Of a stretch of DNA of 32,000 nucleotides, positions 1-8,060 are shown piece after piece. The position numbers and the translations under genes were made by a program. The DNA is taken from NCBI GenBank assembly GCA_964354495.1, contig CAYHAA010000009.1, forward strand, positions 1-32,000, in the 5' to 3' direction. The stretch's first letter is position 1, and each line of letters starts with the position of its first letter. The notes beneath the pieces were generated by a model, which ran no database searches, had not been told where the DNA came from, and saw nothing but the letters and a program-made list of their open reading frames with translations. This stretch comes from an uncultured archaeon. GTDB taxonomy: Archaea > Asgardarchaeota > Thorarchaeia > Thorarchaeales > Thorarchaeaceae.

Positions 1-1544
1 GTCGTTGTCGTTGTAGTTGTGGTGCTTGTAGTGATGGAACCGATCGAGTTTCTAACTCGAATCACCATCTCTTCGCCAACATGCACTACTCCACCCGCTG
101 TGACAGTTGCTTGAACAGTAATGTTAGTACCATCAGTCTGGGCAGGAATGACATGGAAGTAGTTCTCTAGATCACCTTCTGACGACTCAAAGACATTGGC
201 CGTAATCGTATGGTTGGTCCAAGCTCCGGGACCTATCCTAACACCAAGACTGACAGATGTAACCGGTGAAGAATATAGCATGTGAGCATAGACTGTGACA
301 TTGGTGGGTGAAGCACTAGTAGGAATATTCGGATTCCAATAGACATTGACTTCGTTCATTACGTCGCAATCACCAATTCCCCAGTCATAGTCATACACAT
401 TCTGATACCACTGAGAAACTGCCTCGTTCTCAATGATAACACCCGCTTCTCTATTCTCAGAGATGCTTCCATCGCTATAGTTGATGCTACTGAGTAGGAC
501 GATTCGGCCATCCACAATGATACCCTTGTTGTGATTGGCGGAGAACCAACGCGTGTCTTGCCAGACAATTGGGATATCGTGTTCCTCCAGGAGTGCTGCA
601 ACCTCAACGAAATCGTAGTCTTCCTCAGTAATCACTCGGACTGTCACGCCGCGGTCCTTCGCTGCAACTATTGCATCAAGGATTTGAGTCACCGCATTGC
701 CAGCATTGTAGTTCGTAAAGTAGGGAATCTGAATATCAAGAGTCGCTTGAGCTACATTGATACAATAGAGAATTCCCTGAAGGCTTGTATCCGGACTGAA
801 GATCGGGGTGACATTCATCGCACCAGCCAATGTTCCAGCGACGTCAAATGGTCTAGGATATGTACTACTAGTCTCGGAGTAGGACAATGGGTCACCAGTT
901 CCATGAGCAATTGGATCATAATCGATTCCGTTACTCCAATCATAGTCGAAGACATTTCGATAGTATTGCGTGACATCAGTATCAGTCATCGCAATGCTCC
1001 ACTCCCTATTAGCTACCTTGCCAGCCTCGGGGAAACTTGTCTTCGCCCAATTGCCAGAGTGCACAATCGTTGTCTTGTTGTCGATTATGATGAACTTCTG
1101 GTGGGCGAAGGTGAATTCTGTGTCATTGGTCCACTTCACAGGATAGCCAAGAAGAGTAAGATTGTTGGCAACATAATCATTGGGACTATAGTAGCCTAGG
1201 CTGTTCCATCCAATCAAGAACTTCATCTCGAGGGCAGGCTTGGTGGTATGAAGTCCGTGAATCAGGTCAAGGATGTAGGGATTGTTTATTCCGAAGATTT
1301 CAACATAGATACTCTCCTGCGCTGAATTAAGGAAGTGCCAGAGAGCATCGCGACTTCCGTCAGGGGAAACGAACATTGTCACATTCATGTTCTTGCTGAA
1401 GGTCTGCAATGTGAAAGCTGAAGGCGAAAAGCTACCTTGAGAGCTCTCAAATGAAACCATAGGAGAAACAACAAGAGGAATGAAACCTGAAATCAATAGT
1501 GAAAGCATAAGAATGCTGATTGCCTTGTGGTGGGTTTTGATCAC
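1..1544 (-). CDS. Secreted phospholipase D-family protein (two HKD motifs); 3' end truncated by the window edge
   Basis: Manually translated; not in the ORF track. GTG start at 1544 with GGGAGGA at 1557-1551. Hydrophobic signal-like N-terminus (MIKTHHKAISILMLSLLISGFIPLVV). HxKxxxxD motifs HQKFIIID (~1113-1090) and HNKGIIVD, followed by SGNW and SSINYS. Thr-rich linker at the window edge. Confidence 0.9.
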   Translation of the reverse strand, partial: MIKTHHKAISILMLSLLISGFIPLVVSPMVSFESSQGSFSPSAFTLQTFSKNMNVTMFVSPDGSRDALWHFLNSAQESIYVEIFGINNPYILDLIHGLHTTKPALEMKFLIGWNSLGYYSPNDYVANNLTLLGYPVKWTNDTEFTFAHQKFIIIDNKTTIVHSGNWAKTSFPEAGKVANREWSIAMTDTDVTQYYRNVFDYDWSNGIDYDPIAHGTGDPLSYSETSSTYPRPFDVAGTLAGAMNVTPIFSPDTSLQGILYCINVAQATLDIQIPYFTNYNAGNAVTQILDAIVAAKDRGVTVRVITEEDYDFVEVAALLEEHDIPIVWQDTRWFSANHNKGIIVDGRIVLLSSINYSDGSISENREAGVIIENEAVSQWYQNVYDYDWGIGDCDVMNEVNVYWNPNIPTSASPTNVTVYAHMLYSSPVTSVSLGVRIGPGAWTNHTITANVFESSEGDLENYFHVIPAQTDGTNITVQATVTAGGVVHVGEEMVIRVRNSIGSITTSTTTTTTT

Positions 1545-1643
1545 ATTGAATCCTCCCGACTCATTGAGACAGGAGGTGTGAAACTGAATCACTTATATCT
1601 TCCTGCATGTATATGATCTGGACAAATAAGAGGCCACAAACTC

Positions 1644-1901
1644 ATGAAGCTGTTTTACAGAGTCAATCCCAGTGAATACAGGAGATGCATGGAGCAGATA
1701 CAAAGCAAGTTTGCAATGCATGAAGAGATTGATGAAGCACGCACTACTCTTATGTTAGAAGACGAATCGCAGATTGAGAGAGTCATAGGTACCTTTGACC
1801 CCAAATGCGATCGGGCAGCTCACGTGCGAGTTATTCTCGTGGATGACTCGCTCAGGGAGTTCTTTGATTCGGTTCTCGGAGAACCATACATGGTAAAATG
1901 A
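1644..1901 (+). CDS. Small hypothetical protein (85 aa)
   Basis: ATG ORF with globular, acidic protein-like composition. It fills the gap divergent from the PLD gene, with AT-rich TATA-like sequence upstream. Confidence 0.7.
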   Translation: MKLFYRVNPSEYRRCMEQIQSKFAMHEEIDEARTTLMLEDESQIERVIGTFDPKCDRAAHVRVILVDDSLREFFDSVLGEPYMVK

Positions 1902-1938
1902 CTTGGTCTGATAGTACGCTAAAACCAAGAATATTACT

Positions 1939-1977
1939 GACAGGAACACCCTCGACGAGCGAGGTGGCGCTCCTGTC
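1939..1977 (-). terminator. Strong RNA hairpin (terminator or 3'-UTR element) between convergent genes
   Basis: On the minus strand GACAGGAGCGCC(AC)CTCG-CTCGT-CGAGGGTGTTCCTGTC folds by hand into 12 bp (2 G-U) + 2-nt bulge + 4 bp. It lies 60-98 nt after the ferredoxin stop. Confidence 0.5.
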
Positions 1978-1995
1978 GTACCAGTTCTCATCGAG

Positions 1996-2025
1996 AAATG
2001 AGAGCCAGTGAAATGAGAGTCAGTG
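1996..2025. repeat. 15-bp tandem direct repeat (2 copies, 1 mismatch)
   Basis: AAATGAGAGCCAGTG (1996-2010) is followed directly by AAATGAGAGTCAGTG (2011-2025). Confidence 0.85.
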
Positions 2026-2036
2026 TATTGCTGGTC

Positions 2037-2219
2037 TTATGCCTCTTCAATAGCGGCCTCAGGGCAGCTATCAACACAGGCATAGCATTCGGTGCATTCG
2101 TCTGCGCGGGCGACTTGGTACACAGACTTCTCATTGACCACGTACAAAGACGGGTCAACAGGACAGACATCAGCACAAGTTCCGCACGCTGTACATGCGT
2201 CAGTTACTTTCCATATCAT
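2037..2219 (-). CDS. 2[4Fe-4S] ferredoxin (60 aa)
   Basis: Two CxxCxxCxxxCP motifs (CTACGTCADVCP, CTECYACVDSCP). Start moved from 2306 to the ATG at 2219 (MIWKV), which gives a typical ferredoxin length. TTTAAA TATA-like element at ~2280-2285. Confidence 0.95.
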   Translation of the reverse strand: MIWKVTDACTACGTCADVCPVDPSLYVVNEKSVYQVARADECTECYACVDSCPEAAIEEA

Positions 2220-2375
2220 TTCGACCACATCGTTTAGACTAGTATACCAGTCCAGCGTCGGGAACGCCACATCTGACCATTTAAACCTAAGTGTATGGTG
2301 TGTCAAGAATGAAAGATACTGTATTGAACTGGTTCCAATAGTTGAGTTCTCTCTTGGCTGATCTTCATGGACAGG

Positions 2376-4187
2376 CTAGTCTGGTTCTTCCGTGTGAAGC
2401 CAAGTGTATAGTGTCCTAGCTGAAGACTGAGACATGCCTTCCACCTTGGCTAGCTCATCAGCAGTTGCGTTCCTCACACCGTCATAGCTTCCAAATGCAT
2501 CGATGAGTGCCTTGCGCCGTTTCGGTCCGATTCCAGGCGCTTCCTCAAGTATTGAGCCGGTAAAGCGCTTCTCGCGGAGCTTGTGATGATATCGCTGCGC
2601 GAATCGATGTGCTTCATCACGAATACTCTGAATGAGGTGCAGACCCTCAGAACCATAGTCAAGCACGACGCCCTCAAGGTTGCCTCTAGTGAAGATTCGC
2701 TCTTCCGTCTTGGCGACAGCAGCCACCTGCAAGTACTCAAGTCCAAGTTCCTTGAGTGCATCAAGCGCTACCTTCAGCTGCCCCTTCCCACCATCAATAA
2801 GAATAAGGTCAGGGAGAGAATGACCACGTTCAAGAACGCCCGTGTAGCGCCTGAAGACAACTTCTCGCATCATAGCATAGTCGTCAGGAGTGTCCTTGGT
2901 CCGCACTCGGAACATGCGGTACATCTCGTTGTCTGGTTCACCGTTTTGAAATACAACACATGAGCCTGTGGGATCCGTGCCCTGTATGTTGGCAATGTCA
3001 AAGCCTTCAATATGCATCGGCGCCTGATTGAGGCCAAGAGCCTCTTTGAGCTCCTTGACACCATCATGTACTATCTCATCTTCACTGGAGCCAAGTATGA
3101 GCATCTTTCTGAGTGCACGGTGGGCATTCTTGTTCGCCATCTCAACGAGCTCGAGGCTCTTTGCGTCAAAGGCCTCAGTGACTTTGACCTCATGACCGTT
3201 GCTTTCGCTGAGCCACTCACTGAACTGTCGCATATCAGGAATCTTGCAGGGCAAGACTATCTCGTTTGGCAATCTTGGAAGTCCAAAATAGAACTGCTCG
3301 ATATATGCAGTAAGTACATCCGAGTCCTTTACCTCTAGGTCAACTTCAAAGTAGAAGTTGTCTTGACCAACCAGTCGTCCATTCCGAATGATTAGCATCT
3401 CTATGAGGGCGGCTTGTTCAGTACGAGAGATGCCGAGGATATCCCGATTGATGCCCTCGAACTCAACGACTTTCTGTCGGCTCATGATGATTTCAATATC
3501 TGTCAGTCGATCACGCAGCTCAGCTGCAGCTTCAAATCGCATCTCTCTTGATGCCCCTTGCATCTGTTCTTCGATGGATCTTGTCAGCTCCTCTGACCTG
3601 CCATCGAGATACATGCACATCTGCTCAACAAGTGACATGTACTCCTCCATTGAGATGTGTCTTTCACAGGGAGCCGTGCATCGTTCAAGATGATAGTCCA
3701 TGCAGGCACGCTTGACTTTCCAAGGTTCTTTGCATGTGGCAACGGGAATGATTTTCCGTATGGTGTCCAAGAAACGGTCCAAGCGCTTTGTACTTCCATA
3801 GGGACCAAAATATGTCGCTCCATCCTTCTCAGCATCTCTAGTGACCTCAAACGTGGGAATAGGGTCATTCTTGTTCACGCGCACCCATGCGTGTCGCCGA
3901 TCGTCCTTCAGAGCTATATTGTACCGAGGTTGATGTTTCTTGATGAGAGTCTGCTCCAGAATCAGTGCCTCACGCTCTGTATTCGTGATGATGGTTTCCA
4001 GGTCAACTGCCTCCTGCATCATCTCCCATGTCCTACGGTAGAGACCTGTCTTTCGCATGTACGACCCGACGCGACGCTTCAGCATCTTTGCCTTGCCAAT
4101 GTACAGAATGTCGCCCTTGCTATTCTTCCAGATGTAGACTCCTGGCTGCTCGGGCAAGTCACTGACTAAGGCTGAAAGGTTCGACAT
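2376..4187 (-). CDS. uvrC: Excinuclease ABC subunit C
   Basis: N-terminal GIY-YIG (GVYIW...YIGKAK), Cys-rich region, UVR coiled coil (EMRFEAAAELRDRL), RNase H-like domain (IEGFDIAN, LIDGGKGQL, RDEAHRFA), C-terminal HhH2. Confidence 0.98.
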   Translation of the reverse strand: MSNLSALVSDLPEQPGVYIWKNSKGDILYIGKAKMLKRRVGSYMRKTGLYRRTWEMMQEAVDLETIITNTEREALILEQTLIKKHQPRYNIALKDDRRHAWVRVNKNDPIPTFEVTRDAEKDGATYFGPYGSTKRLDRFLDTIRKIIPVATCKEPWKVKRACMDYHLERCTAPCERHISMEEYMSLVEQMCMYLDGRSEELTRSIEEQMQGASREMRFEAAAELRDRLTDIEIIMSRQKVVEFEGINRDILGISRTEQAALIEMLIIRNGRLVGQDNFYFEVDLEVKDSDVLTAYIEQFYFGLPRLPNEIVLPCKIPDMRQFSEWLSESNGHEVKVTEAFDAKSLELVEMANKNAHRALRKMLILGSSEDEIVHDGVKELKEALGLNQAPMHIEGFDIANIQGTDPTGSCVVFQNGEPDNEMYRMFRVRTKDTPDDYAMMREVVFRRYTGVLERGHSLPDLILIDGGKGQLKVALDALKELGLEYLQVAAVAKTEERIFTRGNLEGVVLDYGSEGLHLIQSIRDEAHRFAQRYHHKLREKRFTGSILEEAPGIGPKRRKALIDAFGSYDGVRNATADELAKVEGMSQSSARTLYTWLHTEEPD

Positions 4188-4264
4188 TCCGTATCATCCT
4201 TTAATGTGAGTCCAATCATTTTTGAACTCCGTGCCAAATCAGTGATTCGGTGCGTACAAGCGAG

Positions 4265-4780
4265 TTACTTGGAGTGTCCATCAGGGCTTCTCTGAATGGC
4301 GATCTGTCTAATTCTCGTGCGCCAACGAATGATCGAGTCACAGGCACCATCCTTAGAACACCCGTAATATGTATAGTCGGAACAGTCTATGCAGGGGGAG
4401 ATGGCAACAGCGTTTTCGTTGGCAGCAGCCTCCATCCTACGAAGTACGTCAATCTCACCTCTGAGGGCGTCAATTGAGGAGGGGGCTCTCCTATCATACA
4501 GCTGATAGGCTTCATCAAGTCGCCCGAGATCCATGAGGATCCGTGCTAGCTCTTCCAGAAAATGTGCCGGGTCGGGGTTGAGGGAGATGGCCTTCCGCAG
4601 TGCCTCCTCTGCCTCGTCAAGTCTTCCGAAGGAATGGAGATACGAACCCAGAGTATACCATGTCTGTGCGTCTCGAGGAAATGTCCTGAGCCGCATTCTG
4701 AGGTCAGATTCTATCACAGTAGAAGGCCTGTCGCTTGAAATCGATTGATTAGTCTTCGTGGCATCCTCTCGCTGTGTCAT
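4265..4780 (-). CDS. TPR-repeat protein with C-terminal four-Cys motif
   Basis: TPR consensus (AQTWYTLGSYLHSFGRLDEAEEALRKAISLNP; LARILMDLGRLDEAYQLY) and C-x2-C-x7-C-x5-C. GGAGG precedes the ATG at 4780, preferred over 4807. Confidence 0.8.
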   Translation of the reverse strand: MTQREDATKTNQSISSDRPSTVIESDLRMRLRTFPRDAQTWYTLGSYLHSFGRLDEAEEALRKAISLNPDPAHFLEELARILMDLGRLDEAYQLYDRRAPSSIDALRGEIDVLRRMEAAANENAVAISPCIDCSDYTYYGCSKDGACDSIIRWRTRIRQIAIQRSPDGHSK

Positions 4781-5225
4781 GCGTTGTCCTCCCGGCGGAC
4801 GAATCATGAGGATTCTGTCGATGCAACCAGGGATGAATACCCTTGGAGTGCTAATATAGGGTATGTGTACGGGTGAGAGATTTAGACCTGACTGGCATTG
4901 TAACGGTTATGAATCCTTTTTTCTTACTTTTCAACGTTATACGTATCAGAAGACGCAAAATATGCATTCTAATCACCTCAATCTTGTAGTATAGACCTCA
5001 TAGCACGATTTCACATCCTTCCCTGTGAGAATAATGCGCAAGGCCAGACGACAAATCGAAAGCATAGGGCGCCCTTCTGTTTCTTCATTGCTTTTCGATT
5101 CGAAGTGCTTCTTCACGTTTGATTGCCAGTAGGCAGACTATGCTGGAACTACAAGTAAAACACCTGTGTGAATCGAATCCGGTGGAGAAATCGAAACAGA
5201 TGCAATGCACTACTCTAGAAGAGCT

Positions 5226-8060
5226 TCAAGATGTGGAGAGGACTGATTTCAGATGTTTTCCAGTATAGGATTTCTTCACTCTGGTCACTTCTTCTGGCGT
5301 CCCGACTGCGACGACTTCCCCACCACCGTCACCACCATCAGGGCCGAGATCTATCACCCAATCTGCGGTCTTTATCACTTCGAGATTGTGCTCAACAATG
5401 ACCACGGTGTTGCCTGCGTCGACGAGGCGATTCACTACTCCAAGAAGCACATGTACATCTGAGGCTGAGAGTCCAGTCGTCGGTTCGTCCATCAGGTAGA
5501 GTGTGTTCCCTGTAGACTTGCGGGATAGCTCAGCAGCCAGCTTCATGCGTTGAGCTTCGCCGCCACTCAATGTCGTTGCCGGCTGGCCCAGCTGAAGATA
5601 GCCAAGTCCGACATCGACCAAGGTTCCTAACCTCTCAGCAATCTTGGGAATGTCAGCAAACAACTGTAACGCTTCCTCAATGGTCAAAGAGAGGACCTGC
5701 GTGATGTTCTTTCCTTTGTAAGTGACCTCCAGGGTCTCCCTGTCGAATCGGTTACCCTTGCAGACATCGCAGGTCATGAAGACATCAGACATGAAGTGCA
5801 TCTCGACCTGAATGACGCCACTGCCTTTGCATTTCTCACACCGACCGTCTCTCGTGTTGAAACTGAAACGGCCAGGTCCGTACCCTCTCGCTTTCGCCTC
5901 AGGCATCATTGCAAAGAGGTCTCGAATCTCTCCGAAAGTCTGCGTATACGTTGCAGGATTACTTCTCGGAGTGCGACCGATCGGAGACTGGTCAACGAGA
6001 ATCATTCTATCAATATTCTCGACACCGTCAATAGAATCATAGCTCCCTGGGACAGTACTTGTTCCGTTGAGTTGCTGAGCCAGTGCCTTGTATAGAGTTT
6101 CATGGGTCAGAGAGCTCTTTCCGGCCCCAGAAACGCCAGTGACGCATATGACCGTGCCAAGGGGAAATGCAGCGTCGATGTTCTTGAGGTTGTTGGCCCG
6201 AGCTCCATGAATGACGATCTGCATACCGTTGCCGCACCTTCGCTCTTCAGGAATGGGTATCCTCTTGACTCCAGCTAGGTATTGAGCAGTGAGAGACTTC
6301 GGATCTGCAAGAACTTCAGAGGGTGGTCCCTCAGCCACAAGATAACCGCCATTGACACCGGCAAGAGGGCCGAGATCAATGAGATGATCAGCAGCTGTAA
6401 TTGTATCGCGGTCATGCTCTATCACCACAACAGTATTCCCGAGAGATCTCAAGTGATAGAATGTTTCGATGAGCTTTCCCACATCGCGAGGATGGAGCCC
6501 GATTGATGGCTCATCAAGGCAATACAATACTCCCGTGAGGGCAGACCCTATCTGTGTAGCAAGACGGATTCTCTGGCTCTCCCCTCCTGATAGGGTCATG
6601 GATGCCCTGTCAAGACTCAGATACTCGAGACCTACGGCCAGTAGAAAGTTAAGACGTGCTCGTATCTCCTTGAGTACCAGTTCTGCTATCTTGAACTCTC
6701 GTTCAGTAAGCGTGATGGTCTTGAAGAATTCAGCCGCCTTCTCAATGGTCATCGAGGTAATCTCATCAATGGGCTTTCCCGCAACAGTGACAGCCAGACT
6801 CTCAGGCTTCAGCTTTCTACCATTGCATGCGTCGCAGGCAGTCTTCCGGGAGAACTCATTGGCAATGCGTTGAGCCCACCAGCGGTAGTACAACTTATCG
6901 CTGGCCTTTCCTCGGTCAAAGATACGTTCGAGCCATCTGACTAGACCATACCACTTCCTTGTTATCTCCCACGTCGATGTTTCGCCTTCCTGAGTATAGT
7001 GAAGTGTATATTCAGGACGACCCCAGACCAGTGCTTCTATCTGGGATTGGCTAAGCTCATTGAATGGGGTCTCTAAAGTGAATCCGAGAAGTCTGCCCAG
7101 TTCAACAAGTCTGTCATTCCACCAGGTCCGTTCACCTGCATTGATATGCCGACTTATCTCATGAACCGTCATGCTCTTGTCAGGTACTAAGAGCTCAGGA
7201 TCAATTGACATTGTCACACCAAGACCGTTGCAGACAGGACATGCTCCATCAGGCCTATTGAAGGAGAATGCTTTTGGACCCAGTTTCTCGTACTGAATGC
7301 CACACTTCGGACACATTAGCTGTTGAGCAAAGGTGAGATCCTCTACGCCTTCTCGAGATACGATTGCCCTACCGTCGCCAGTTTCAAGAGCGGTCTCCAA
7401 GGACCCTATCAGCCGCTCACGGTGCTTCTGATTCAGTTCGAGCCTATCAATGACAACATCGATATCGTGCTTCTTCCGTGCATCCAAGTCTACTTGGTCT
7501 ATATCCATGACATCTCCATCCACACGGACACGAACGAATCCATTCTTGTGGAGCCCATCAAGAGCGTCCTGATGCTTACCTGTCTCGCCACGGACTATGG
7601 GGGCGAGGACGTGAATTCTCTGTCCGCCGTTCTCGTCAAGGAGTAGTCGTGCAGCAGACTCAGCGGTCAATTGCTCCATGGGAAGACCGCATTTGACACA
7701 GTGAGCAACTCCAATATTTGCATAGATTAATCGGAGGTAATCATGAATCTCTGTACTCGTGGAAACTGTCGATCGCGGGTTTTTTGTGCGGCCCTTCTGC
7801 TCAATGGAGATAGCAGGTGGGAGTCCCGTGATCTTCTCGACCTTCGGCCTATCGAGCCGTCCGAGAAATCTTCGAGCGTAAGAGCTAAGGCTCTCCACAT
7901 AGCGCCTCTGGCCTTCAGCGAAGATCGTGTCAAGTACAAGGGTTGACTTGCCTGAACCACTTGGCCCCGTGACCACAACAAGACAGTCTCGGGGGATGTC
8001 TACATCAATTGACTTGAGGTTGTGTTCCTCAGCCTTGCGTACCTTGATGTAGCCCGTCAC
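5226..8060 (-). CDS. uvrA: Excinuclease ABC subunit A, second paralog (944 aa)
   Basis: Two Walker A motifs (GPSGSGKST, GVSGAGKSS), LSGGE signatures, DEP Walker B motifs, Zn modules and a UvrB-binding domain. The GTG start overlaps the upstream uvrA stop by 4 nt. Confidence 0.95.
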   Translation of the reverse strand: MTGYIKVRKAEEHNLKSIDVDIPRDCLVVVTGPSGSGKSTLVLDTIFAEGQRRYVESLSSYARRFLGRLDRPKVEKITGLPPAISIEQKGRTKNPRSTVSTSTEIHDYLRLIYANIGVAHCVKCGLPMEQLTAESAARLLLDENGGQRIHVLAPIVRGETGKHQDALDGLHKNGFVRVRVDGDVMDIDQVDLDARKKHDIDVVIDRLELNQKHRERLIGSLETALETGDGRAIVSREGVEDLTFAQQLMCPKCGIQYEKLGPKAFSFNRPDGACPVCNGLGVTMSIDPELLVPDKSMTVHEISRHINAGERTWWNDRLVELGRLLGFTLETPFNELSQSQIEALVWGRPEYTLHYTQEGETSTWEITRKWYGLVRWLERIFDRGKASDKLYYRWWAQRIANEFSRKTACDACNGRKLKPESLAVTVAGKPIDEITSMTIEKAAEFFKTITLTEREFKIAELVLKEIRARLNFLLAVGLEYLSLDRASMTLSGGESQRIRLATQIGSALTGVLYCLDEPSIGLHPRDVGKLIETFYHLRSLGNTVVVIEHDRDTITAADHLIDLGPLAGVNGGYLVAEGPPSEVLADPKSLTAQYLAGVKRIPIPEERRCGNGMQIVIHGARANNLKNIDAAFPLGTVICVTGVSGAGKSSLTHETLYKALAQQLNGTSTVPGSYDSIDGVENIDRMILVDQSPIGRTPRSNPATYTQTFGEIRDLFAMMPEAKARGYGPGRFSFNTRDGRCEKCKGSGVIQVEMHFMSDVFMTCDVCKGNRFDRETLEVTYKGKNITQVLSLTIEEALQLFADIPKIAERLGTLVDVGLGYLQLGQPATTLSGGEAQRMKLAAELSRKSTGNTLYLMDEPTTGLSASDVHVLLGVVNRLVDAGNTVVIVEHNLEVIKTADWVIDLGPDGGDGGGEVVAVGTPEEVTRVKKSYTGKHLKSVLSTS

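Noticed and set aside
531-1199. 222-aa plus-strand ORF
   Set aside because: Antisense shadow of the PLD gene, which carries clear HKD motifs.
2006-2026. CAGTGN hexamers resembling iron-responsive-element loops next to a ferredoxin gene
   Set aside because: No flanking 5-bp stem or C bulge, and they lie on the strand opposite the ferredoxin mRNA.
4973-5116. 47-aa GTG ORF (MKKHFESK...) in the uvrA'-TPR gap
   Set aside because: No SD or motif, and it overlaps the Cys-rich ORF; expected by chance.
5226-8060. Second uvrA as a class II UvrA2/DrrC resistance protein or a pseudogene
   Set aside because: It retains the UvrB-binding domain, Zn ligands and both Walker A motifs, with no frameshift.
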